A stretch of 64,000 nucleotides of DNA from a virus (taxonomy: Duplodnaviria > Caudoviricetes): the IMG/VR virus record IMGVR_UViG_3300034061_004620; one strand, written 5' to 3'. Below, in pieces: positions 27,995-35,597 of this stretch. Both the position numbers and the translations under genes were made by a program. The notes beneath the pieces were generated by a model that saw nothing but the letters and a program-made list of their open reading frames with translations, was not told where the DNA came from and did no database searches. Every line of letters begins with the position of its first letter. The stretch's first letter is position 1.

Positions 27995-30421
27995 ATGTTT
28001 ATAAACGATATATTTGGCGATAACAAAAAAAAGTTAGACGAAGTTGGTGATGAATTGTTGTCTGGTTATAAAAAAACTAACATCAAAGAACAAGCTCCAC
28101 AATATAATCCAAAAGGAGTTCCATTAAAACAACAACCAGCGCCACTTAATGTACCACAAGGATGGGAAGCAAAAACACAACCAGATGGTAGCACCCGCAT
28201 ATCCAAACAAGGCAGTATGTCCAGTGCCGAATACAAACAGAACATGGCAGACTATAAGGCCAAAAACTGGACTCCAGAAAAAATGGCCGATTATTCTCAA
28301 AGAATGGCGTCCGGACAGGGATATACTGATGCAGAGCGGCAAGCAAATTTACAACAACAGCAACAGCACTTTGGCAAATATGCAGATACTGGTGATCTTC
28401 AAGAAACGTTTGCAGTTGGTGATCAACCGCAAATAGACAGCATAACAAAAGGTGATGAACAGTACTGGGCAGATTTTGATAAACGTGCAGTTGCTCAAGG
28501 TGATGCAAGACAAAGACTCAAGTCAACTTATGTTGATCCTGTAGATAAAACCATACAACCCACCATTGGTCGCACTTGGCAAGAAAGAGGAGTCAAGTTA
28601 GATAAGTGGAGTAAAGAAACCTACAAGCATCAACCTGAATTTTATCAGGACTTGGATAAAATAAATGCTCAACTAAAAGCAGGAGAAAAAATTACAGACC
28701 CTAACCTAATGAAGTTGATGCCGAGTTATAGAGAAGTGCAACAGACAAATCCTAAAGGTGTTCCTATAGGAAAAAAAGCAACTTACGAACAATCTGGTGC
28801 AAACACCAAAGAAACAGAACTAACAACCAATCAGCCGCGCACAGGTCTTTCTGCTGAACAAAAAGCACAGCTACGCAAAGATGTAGATGCAGTTGATTAC
28901 AACAAACAACAGCAGCCTCCTGCAGCTCCTTCCCGTGAACAAAAAGCAGGCATAAGACAAGCAGTATCAGATTACAACAAAGATAAAAAAGTTGATGAGG
29001 CTGGTCCATTCAGCTACGGTACTAAGAAGCCACGCCGAGGTAGTGTGGCAGATCTTGCTGCAAAGAAACGCAAAGAACAAGAGCGTGGTCAGCAGCCTAT
29101 AGAGCCTAAAGATCAACGGGTTGGCGTTGCTAAAGTTGTTAAAGAATTTGCACCCAGTGGTGGTGGCGGTGGCCGTTGGTACAGTGATGACCAACTGTAC
29201 GAAATCATTGGTGAAGATTGGTTAGAAGCTTTTGATGTCAGCGGCGATCAAGGCAACATTGATCTCAATGGCGAACGAGCAAGATTGTTCTTGGCACAAG
29301 AAGCCGAAGCGTGGTTAATAGATCGTGGGTATAGAGTAAATGTACTTGATGTTAGAGATGACGGAGATTCATTGAGTTGGTATATCCAAGGACCTTTGTA
29401 CCAAGGTTTGGCGGAAGGCTTGTTTGGTATTGAAGATAAAATCAAAGGCCGTATACAAAATGTTGTTAGTGATTTGAGTGACATTCCAGGCATGTGGGAT
29501 CACAAGGCACAGACATTTACTGACGCCGGTATGGAAAAACTACAGTCTGTATTAAAGAACAATCCTAAGTATATCAAATATGCTCTTAACCTTACCTACA
29601 AAGATTATGAGGCGGAAGATGTGGCGGAAGGTGGATTTGATATTCCTGAAATTCCCAGAGCACCACAACCAAGACCGGAACCCAAGAATAAAACAGTAGG
29701 TGAAGGCTCAGTACAAGATAAACTGTACCGGCGTCAACAAGAGCTACGTAAAAAGCGTGGTGCTCCGGATCCCGAATACTACAGAGAATTAAAGGCTACA
29801 TTCGATCTGCCTGATGAAGAGCGTTTTGCAAAAGCAGCAGAACTAAAGAAGAAATACAAAGTAAGTGAAGCACGCAAGGCCGAAGCCAATTTTGATGTGG
29901 AGGATCTAAAGCGTTTAGAACAAATTCGCGATCTTCCTACACTCAAAGCACAAGCAATGGCACTTATTTCTAAGCCAAGCGAAAGACCCATGAAGCCAGA
30001 AAAAGTTGCCTGGTTTGATGCTGCATTAGATCGTATGGACAACAGAATGGCCATTATCAAACTCATGTATGATCTATTACTAAGTGGCGAAGGTCATCAA
30101 GTGATTGGTAGCAAGCGTAGCATGAACCCCAACAGCTACCGTAGCAAATTTGGTGAATCAACCATTACTAACGAAGACGTAGAAAAATATGTAGAAGAAC
30201 TTGAACGTGCTGGGTACGAGATTGTTAATGAAAAACGTATGACCTGCCCTGAATGTGGCGGTGCTGCATATGCAGACGAGATGCTGGCAGAGAAACAAGA
30301 TGCTTGCTATCACAAAGTAAAAAGTCGCTACAAAGTGTGGCCCAGTGCCTATGCGTCGGGTGCCTTAGTACGCTGCCGTAAGAAGGGTGCTAAAAACTGG
30401 GGCAACAAGAGCAAGAAATAA
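27995..30421 (+). CDS. 808-aa modular polyprotein-like protein, putative internal head protein
   Basis: Unrelated segments separated by LDE, LQE, VDE, VKE, LAE, VAE, VGE, VSE, VNE and LAE; Cys-pair C-terminal module. Confidence 0.65.
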   Translation: MFINDIFGDNKKKLDEVGDELLSGYKKTNIKEQAPQYNPKGVPLKQQPAPLNVPQGWEAKTQPDGSTRISKQGSMSSAEYKQNMADYKAKNWTPEKMADYSQRMASGQGYTDAERQANLQQQQQHFGKYADTGDLQETFAVGDQPQIDSITKGDEQYWADFDKRAVAQGDARQRLKSTYVDPVDKTIQPTIGRTWQERGVKLDKWSKETYKHQPEFYQDLDKINAQLKAGEKITDPNLMKLMPSYREVQQTNPKGVPIGKKATYEQSGANTKETELTTNQPRTGLSAEQKAQLRKDVDAVDYNKQQQPPAAPSREQKAGIRQAVSDYNKDKKVDEAGPFSYGTKKPRRGSVADLAAKKRKEQERGQQPIEPKDQRVGVAKVVKEFAPSGGGGGRWYSDDQLYEIIGEDWLEAFDVSGDQGNIDLNGERARLFLAQEAEAWLIDRGYRVNVLDVRDDGDSLSWYIQGPLYQGLAEGLFGIEDKIKGRIQNVVSDLSDIPGMWDHKAQTFTDAGMEKLQSVLKNNPKYIKYALNLTYKDYEAEDVAEGGFDIPEIPRAPQPRPEPKNKTVGEGSVQDKLYRRQQELRKKRGAPDPEYYRELKATFDLPDEERFAKAAELKKKYKVSEARKAEANFDVEDLKRLEQIRDLPTLKAQAMALISKPSERPMKPEKVAWFDAALDRMDNRMAIIKLMYDLLLSGEGHQVIGSKRSMNPNSYRSKFGESTITNEDVEKYVEELERAGYEIVNEKRMTCPECGGAAYADEMLAEKQDACYHKVKSRYKVWPSAYASGALVRCRKKGAKNWGNKSKK
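29402..29631 (+). repeat. Three copies of GGCGGAAG at module junctions
   Basis: Copies at 29410, 29611 and 29623 encode Ala-Glu (QGLAEG, EAEDVAEG). Confidence 0.6.
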
Positions 30422-30431
30422 GGGAAATAAA

Positions 30432-30881
30432 ATGGACCCAAGATTTTTTAGAAGATATTTAGATATAATCAATGAGAGATGTGTTGAAGATCCAGCAACA
30501 GGAGAACTTGATTGTCCTGGTGGGGCTTCTTATCCAATATCTGAACCAGACTATGCACCAGGCAGCGAAGCCTGGGATATTCAGCGAGAACTACAACAAA
30601 GAGGGCTGGACGATGATAGTGTAACTCGTGATGTTAGAGCCGCCGACCCTTGGTATAAAGATCAAAACTTTAATATGGGTAGCGGAAAGTATTCAAAGTT
30701 CGAATACTCAAGACCAAAGGTGCCACATACTGTTGACAAATATAGCCCAAAAGGTGGCGGGTACAATTGGGGCGATGTGAAATATATGGTAGATCAACCC
30801 CCAGATACTCCACAGGTCACACCACAAAGTACAAAAAGTAACACCACATTAAAACAACCAGTTACAAGAGTAAAAAAATAA
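30432..30881 (+). CDS. Hypothetical protein, putative internal head protein
   Basis: ATG 30432 after an AGGGA SD; N-terminus MDPRFFRRYLDIINE. Confidence 0.6.
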   Translation: MDPRFFRRYLDIINERCVEDPATGELDCPGGASYPISEPDYAPGSEAWDIQRELQQRGLDDDSVTRDVRAADPWYKDQNFNMGSGKYSKFEYSRPKVPHTVDKYSPKGGGYNWGDVKYMVDQPPDTPQVTPQSTKSNTTLKQPVTRVKK

Positions 30882-31550
30882 ATGAAATATAGAGAACTTT
30901 TAGAAGCTTGCTGGAACGGATACCAACAGCGCGGTATGAAGAAAAAAGGTGATCGTATGGTCCCTAACTGCGTTAAGATGACCGAACAGGAATTAGAAGA
31001 AGATCTCAAAAAGTGGTTTCGTGAAAAATGGGTAAGATTTGGTCCGGACGGCAAGATCCGCGGTGAGTGTGGTGGCAGAGATGACTCAGAAGGTAAGCCA
31101 AAATGTTTACCGTCCAGCAAAGCACACTCATTAGGAAAAAAAGGTCGTAAAACAGCAGCAGCAAAAAAACGCAGAGAAGATCCCAATCCTGAGCGTCGTG
31201 GCTCAGCAATCAATGTTGCTACCAAGCCAAAAAGAAAAATGGACGAGTACGGTGCAGCCAATGGTCCTCCTAATTTAACCAAGTCAGACATCAAGCGCAT
31301 GATGCCGCCAGAACCAGTGGCTGAACAAATTCCAACTATCACAGACACCGGTCCAAGAGAACAACCACACCCAGCAGCACAAGCTTTAGGTGCTCTTCGT
31401 GTAGGCACAAACTTGTCAAAAGTTGATCGTTACGATGTTGAAAATGCAATCAATCAAGAACTAATGAATATAGTACGTGGTGGCCAAGATGCCAGTAGTG
31501 GGAACGTAGGTATACTCAATCGTTTGTTTGGTAGAGATAAAAATCGATAA
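30882..31550 (+). CDS. Modular basic protein with two Cys-pair modules
   Basis: MKYRELLE-ACWNGY...VPNCVK; DLKKWFREKWV...ECG...PKCLP. Confidence 0.7.
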   Translation: MKYRELLEACWNGYQQRGMKKKGDRMVPNCVKMTEQELEEDLKKWFREKWVRFGPDGKIRGECGGRDDSEGKPKCLPSSKAHSLGKKGRKTAAAKKRREDPNPERRGSAINVATKPKRKMDEYGAANGPPNLTKSDIKRMMPPEPVAEQIPTITDTGPREQPHPAAQALGALRVGTNLSKVDRYDVENAINQELMNIVRGGQDASSGNVGILNRLFGRDKNR

Positions 31551-31556
31551 AACTTA

Positions 31557-32240
31557 ATGGCATTCCTAACTCACAACCTACCACCTGTACACTGTTATAT
31601 TCGTAAAGAATTTTTATATGATTTTCAAAAAGGACATGGAGAATATGAGCCATGTATATGGGTAACATTAAAAAGCATAAGAGGACAGGCATTTAGAATT
31701 GAAGCATACTTACCAAATTATGGCGCACTTTATGACAAGTTACCTCTGCATGCGTTTGTATCACGCACAGAAGATCTTAATCCATCACAGTTTTTATCTT
31801 TAGACACATTGCAAATTTGGGATTGTTTTGATTATGATTTTACCATTATACAAAAATCTTTTCTTAAAAATCTAAGTTGCAAATTCTATGCCAAAAACAA
31901 AAACATGTATTCAGGAAATTATCTTTTTACAGCAGATCATGCTCATCCTGATTCTTCTACAATAGATACTGGATACAGTGAATGGCCTGAAGATCATAAG
32001 AGTTTTAATTTTATAGAATTAGATAATGGACAATATGCAGCACAACCAAATAATCGTTGTCTATTCTTTGATGCAGCAAGTAACCCTACAGATATGAAAT
32101 TTCCAGACTTTAAAGTCTGTACTCGAAAGTATGTAGTTGAACAAAATCCTAAATGGCGATTGGGTGACACTGATACAGTCATGTATGAAAAATCTCAACC
32201 CAACGACGAATATTACGGAAAAAGCCAAAAATTCAAATAA
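31557..32240 (+). CDS. Conserved hypothetical phage protein
   Basis: 227 aa; GALYDKLPLHAF and GQYAAQPNNR motifs recalled from T4-like aquatic phages. Confidence 0.7.
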   Translation: MAFLTHNLPPVHCYIRKEFLYDFQKGHGEYEPCIWVTLKSIRGQAFRIEAYLPNYGALYDKLPLHAFVSRTEDLNPSQFLSLDTLQIWDCFDYDFTIIQKSFLKNLSCKFYAKNKNMYSGNYLFTADHAHPDSSTIDTGYSEWPEDHKSFNFIELDNGQYAAQPNNRCLFFDAASNPTDMKFPDFKVCTRKYVVEQNPKWRLGDTDTVMYEKSQPNDEYYGKSQKFK

Positions 32241-32258
32241 TTATTCAAGGAGAAACAA

Positions 32259-32405
32259 ATGGCAAAACCATCAACATCATCAAATAGAAAAACAATTAAA
32301 CACGTAGTCAAACTCACCAGTCAAGGTGGTCGCAAAGCCAAAACCAGCGCACTAAACAAAAGTGAGAAGCGATCACACAAGGCCTATCGCGGACAGGGCA
32401 GATAA
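32259..32405 (+). CDS. 48-aa highly basic protein ending KRSHKAYRGQGR
   Basis: Translated by hand; AAGGAG SD. Confidence 0.75.
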   Translation: MAKPSTSSNRKTIKHVVKLTSQGGRKAKTSALNKSEKRSHKAYRGQGR

Positions 32406-32422
32406 ATACTCTTATTAGGGTA

Positions 32423-32863
32423 ATGATTATGGATGAATTACAACGAGCACTTAAGATAGCATTCGCAAGTGAATATGCTTTTTACTTGAAAGCACACTAC
32501 TTTCATTGGAATGTAGAAGGACCAAGTTTTCCACAATTACATGAACTTTTTGGTAAAATTTATGAAGAAGTTTATGGAAGCATAGACACTTTTGCTGAAG
32601 AAATTAGAGCAACTCGTACTTATACACCAGGATCATTTACCAAGTTCAGTATTTTAAGTTTAATAGACGACGATGTTGAAGTTCTTCCTGCTGAATCCAT
32701 GCTTTTTGAATTATTACAAGACAGTGAAAAAATGGAAGAAATGTTCAAAATTGTATTCAGAGCCGCAGAAGAACTGGGCATGCACGGATTAAGTGACTTC
32801 TTGGCCAGCCGACAAGATGCTCATGCAAAACATTCTTGGATGTTACGCAGTACACTTAAATAG
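32423..32863 (+). CDS. dps: Dps/ferritin-like protein
   Basis: YLKAHYFHWNVEGPSFPQLHELFGKIYEE...DTFAEEIR...KHSWMLRS. Confidence 0.88.
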   Translation: MIMDELQRALKIAFASEYAFYLKAHYFHWNVEGPSFPQLHELFGKIYEEVYGSIDTFAEEIRATRTYTPGSFTKFSILSLIDDDVEVLPAESMLFELLQDSEKMEEMFKIVFRAAEELGMHGLSDFLASRQDAHAKHSWMLRSTLK

Positions 32864-32866
32864 TGT

Positions 32867-34021
32867 ATGTCTTATAAACTTCACTCAGAAATTGGAAAAA
32901 ATTTCTGCTATGCTCCATGGACAAATATCCATATTAACACAACAGGAACATATAAAACCTGTTGTGCAGGTACAGAAGAAATTGGTGATTTAAGAATAAT
33001 ACCAATTAACGATCTGCTACAAAACCGCAAACTATCAAATATTAAAGATTCTGTTCACAATAACTTGGAACACAGCAATTGTAACATATGCCTACGACAA
33101 GAAAAACATAGCTCAGTAAGTGAACGTACATGGTACAACAACATTGCAGAGCATGAAATCATTGAAGTTAAAGATATCAATGCCACTAATCTACAAAATT
33201 TAGACATCCGTTGGTCAAATACTTGTAATTTAAGCTGTGTATATTGTGATCACGAAGCAAGCAGTCAATGGGCTATGTTGAAACAACAGCCAGTGCCAAG
33301 ACTTGATTATTCAAATACACTCCCAAGTATTTTAAATCTAATAGAAAATAACAAGTCAACAATAAAAAACTTAGCTTTATTAGGCGGCGAGCCATTATTA
33401 CAAAAAGAAAATGACAGTCTATTAGATGTCATTGGAGATCATGTTAATATCAATGTGATTACAAATTTAAGTGTACCATTGGAAAATAACAAAATCTTTA
33501 ATAAACTATTAGAAAAACATAATGTCATGTGGGATATTAGTTTCGAGACTGTAGAAGATCGTTTTGAATATGTGCGTAGAGGCAGTAGTTGGGATTTAAT
33601 TAGAAAAAATATCAAATATCTTATTGAGCTAACAAAAAACACCAAACATAATATTGGTATTACCAGTCAATATAGTGTTTATAATGCATTAAATTTATCC
33701 GAGTTACATCAATATTTTGCAGACAATAACTTACCATCTATTAGATGGAGTGAACTACATTATCCAGAAATTCTTAGCGTTTCAAGTTTGCCCCAATCGT
33801 ATATCAATAAGGCTATCGAAGAATTAAAACTTTCAGAATCGTATCATAATTCAATGCCTGTACAAAAACAATTTTTACAAGATATGGCAAATAGTTTAAA
33901 AAATTTAAAACCAACAAAGCTTAATTGTGATGATCTCAACAAATGGCACTTGGATCAAGAAACAAAGTATTGGCCAAACAGTCCACTCAAATTTTCCAAA
34001 CTTTGGCCGGAGTATTCGTAA
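32867..34021 (+). CDS. Radical SAM protein with N-terminal SPASM/twitch-like domain
   Basis: CYAPW...TCC...CNIC, then CNLSCVYC and GGEP. Confidence 0.85.
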   Translation: MSYKLHSEIGKNFCYAPWTNIHINTTGTYKTCCAGTEEIGDLRIIPINDLLQNRKLSNIKDSVHNNLEHSNCNICLRQEKHSSVSERTWYNNIAEHEIIEVKDINATNLQNLDIRWSNTCNLSCVYCDHEASSQWAMLKQQPVPRLDYSNTLPSILNLIENNKSTIKNLALLGGEPLLQKENDSLLDVIGDHVNINVITNLSVPLENNKIFNKLLEKHNVMWDISFETVEDRFEYVRRGSSWDLIRKNIKYLIELTKNTKHNIGITSQYSVYNALNLSELHQYFADNNLPSIRWSELHYPEILSVSSLPQSYINKAIEELKLSESYHNSMPVQKQFLQDMANSLKNLKPTKLNCDDLNKWHLDQETKYWPNSPLKFSKLWPEYS

Positions 34022-34596
34022 TGACACAGTTAGTTTATATACATGGAGCTAATGCCACAAGTGAAAGCTTTAATTATCTTAGAGAACATATTGACGGAAA
34101 TGATTTAGTTATAAATTATGACAGCAGAAATGGATTCCAACACAACTTAGACGATATGTACAATCAATTAAAAGATATTCAAAATATATTTTTTATTTGT
34201 CATAGTCTTGGTGGTATATATGCTTTACATTTAGCCAATCGTATACCAAAAAATGTATTAGGCGCCGTTACAATTAGTACTCCGTATGGCGGTGCAGAAG
34301 TTGCAGATGTGGCAAAATATTTTTTACCATACAGTAGATTACTTAAAGATATAGGACCAAACAGTTGGGCAATGAGAGAGGCAAACAAAATCAAAGTAAA
34401 ACACCCGTGGTGTAATATTGTAACTATTAACGGAGACACGCCCTGGGTGATGGGAAAAAATGACGGGGTGGTTACAATTGCAAGTCAAAAACATCATGGC
34501 GAGGATATGGATTTAATTGAAGTTGCATATAATCATTATGAAGTGGTTCTGAGTGATCAAGTAATTAAAATTATTCAAGGAAGATTACCAAAATGA
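34021..34596 (+). CDS. Alpha/beta hydrolase (lipase/esterase-like)
   Basis: YIHG oxyanion motif, CHSLGG nucleophile elbow, STPYGG, NDGVV, His near the C-terminus. Confidence 0.8.
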   Translation: MTQLVYIHGANATSESFNYLREHIDGNDLVINYDSRNGFQHNLDDMYNQLKDIQNIFFICHSLGGIYALHLANRIPKNVLGAVTISTPYGGAEVADVAKYFLPYSRLLKDIGPNSWAMREANKIKVKHPWCNIVTINGDTPWVMGKNDGVVTIASQKHHGEDMDLIEVAYNHYEVVLSDQVIKIIQGRLPK

Positions 34597-34772
34597 TAGG
34601 AGAAATATTGGTCTGGGGCTTTTTTAGTGCAATGGGTTGGATGGCAGCTAACTGGACTGTAGATCAAGTGTTGCCAGAAAAAACAGAAACACAGGTATGT
34701 ACGGAGTGGCGAGAAGAGCGTCAACCAGATGGCACTATGCAAAGAACCAGGACCTGTGAGCCCAAAAAATAA
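34593..34772 (+). CDS. Small membrane-anchored protein (59 aa)
   Basis: Translated by hand: hydrophobic N-terminus, two Cys. Confidence 0.6.
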   Translation: MIGEILVWGFFSAMGWMAANWTVDQVLPEKTETQVCTEWREERQPDGTMQRTRTCEPKK

Positions 34773-34774
34773 GT

Positions 34775-34847
34775 CTTCACCTTAGGACCGTGAAGGCGCG
34801 GCTGCTGCGCTATCCAAAGGAGTCGTGCCCAGAGGATTAAAGTGAGC
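34775..34847 (+). ncRNA. Candidate structured RNA of unknown class
   Basis: GC-rich intergenic island with pairable segments GCGCG/TGCGC, TCC/GGA and terminal TTCAC/GTGAG. Confidence 0.4.
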
Positions 34848-34856
34848 AAAGTTTTC

Positions 34857-34885
34857 TTGCAATTCTAAATATATTCATATACAAT
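34857..34885 (+). promoter_or_regulatory. Sigma70-type promoter with nested TAAATA
   Basis: TTGCAA-17 bp-TACAAT; TAAATA at 34866. Confidence 0.65.
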
Positions 34886-34910
34886 AGTATTTTTACACAT
34901 AGGAGATTTT

Positions 34911-35171
34911 ATGAGCTCACGTATGTTCTCTTCCGAACAAAAAGCTAAACTTACACAAATTATCAACGAAGGTATGACTATTATGCAAGAAGTCGAAGAC
35001 CTCAACGCTGGATTGAGTGACACAATTAAGGCTGTAGCAGAGGAAATGGAGATTAAACCTTCTATTCTTAAAAAAGCTATTCGTACTGCATTCAAATCAA
35101 AACTTGGTGAAGAGAACGCTGATAATGAAGAACTAAATACCATTCTTCAAACAGTAGGCAAAACTCTTTGA
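34911..35171 (+). CDS. T4 DsbA-like dsDNA-binding protein
   Basis: 86 aa, helical; pattern and size resemble T4 DsbA (AKLTQIINE...IKAVAEEMEIK..ILKKAIRTAFK); upstream of the polymerase. Confidence 0.6.
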   Translation: MSSRMFSSEQKAKLTQIINEGMTIMQEVEDLNAGLSDTIKAVAEEMEIKPSILKKAIRTAFKSKLGEENADNEELNTILQTVGKTL

Positions 35172-35461
35172 TAGATTCTGTATCTGGAATAGCTACTTGG
35201 ATACGAGATGATTGGCGTAGTCATCCTTTGCGCTTTGTTGCCGAGCTGGTTGCTTGGGCTATTAGTCTTGGGTGTAGCGTTATCATGGCTGTCACCGTAC
35301 CAGACCCTCCCTTCATGGTTCTTTACCCTATGTGGATTACTGGCTGCGCTATCTATAGTTGGGCAGCTTATAGTCGTGGTAGTTTTGGCATGCTGGCTAA
35401 CTACCTCTTGCTTACTACCATTGACGCTTTAGGTTATATAAGAATACTTGCCAATGCTTAA
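35168..35461 (+). CDS. Three-TM membrane protein
   Basis: Three hydrophobic helices; TTG start overlapping the upstream stop. Confidence 0.65.
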   Translation: MIDSVSGIATWIRDDWRSHPLRFVAELVAWAISLGCSVIMAVTVPDPPFMVLYPMWITGCAIYSWAAYSRGSFGMLANYLLLTTIDALGYIRILANA

Positions 35462-35588
35462 TATCTTTTTATCTATACTTGGCTATTGGATAGGTATGGG
35501 GGTGTTTATTGCTGGTTTAATGTGGTTGGCGCTACGATTTGCAATTGTTTGCGAGCAAATAATTGACTTACTTTTTTATAAAAAATAA
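35454..35588 (+). CDS. Small membrane peptide (44 aa)
   Basis: Translated by hand; a single hydrophobic stretch. Confidence 0.45.
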   Translation: MLNIFLSILGYWIGMGVFIAGLMWLALRFAIVCEQIIDLLFYKK

Positions 35589-35591
35589 AAT
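35563..35591 (+). promoter_or_regulatory. Sigma70-type promoter of the DNA polymerase gene
   Basis: TTGACT-17 bp-TAAAAT. Confidence 0.7.
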
Positions 35592-35597
35592 ACACAC

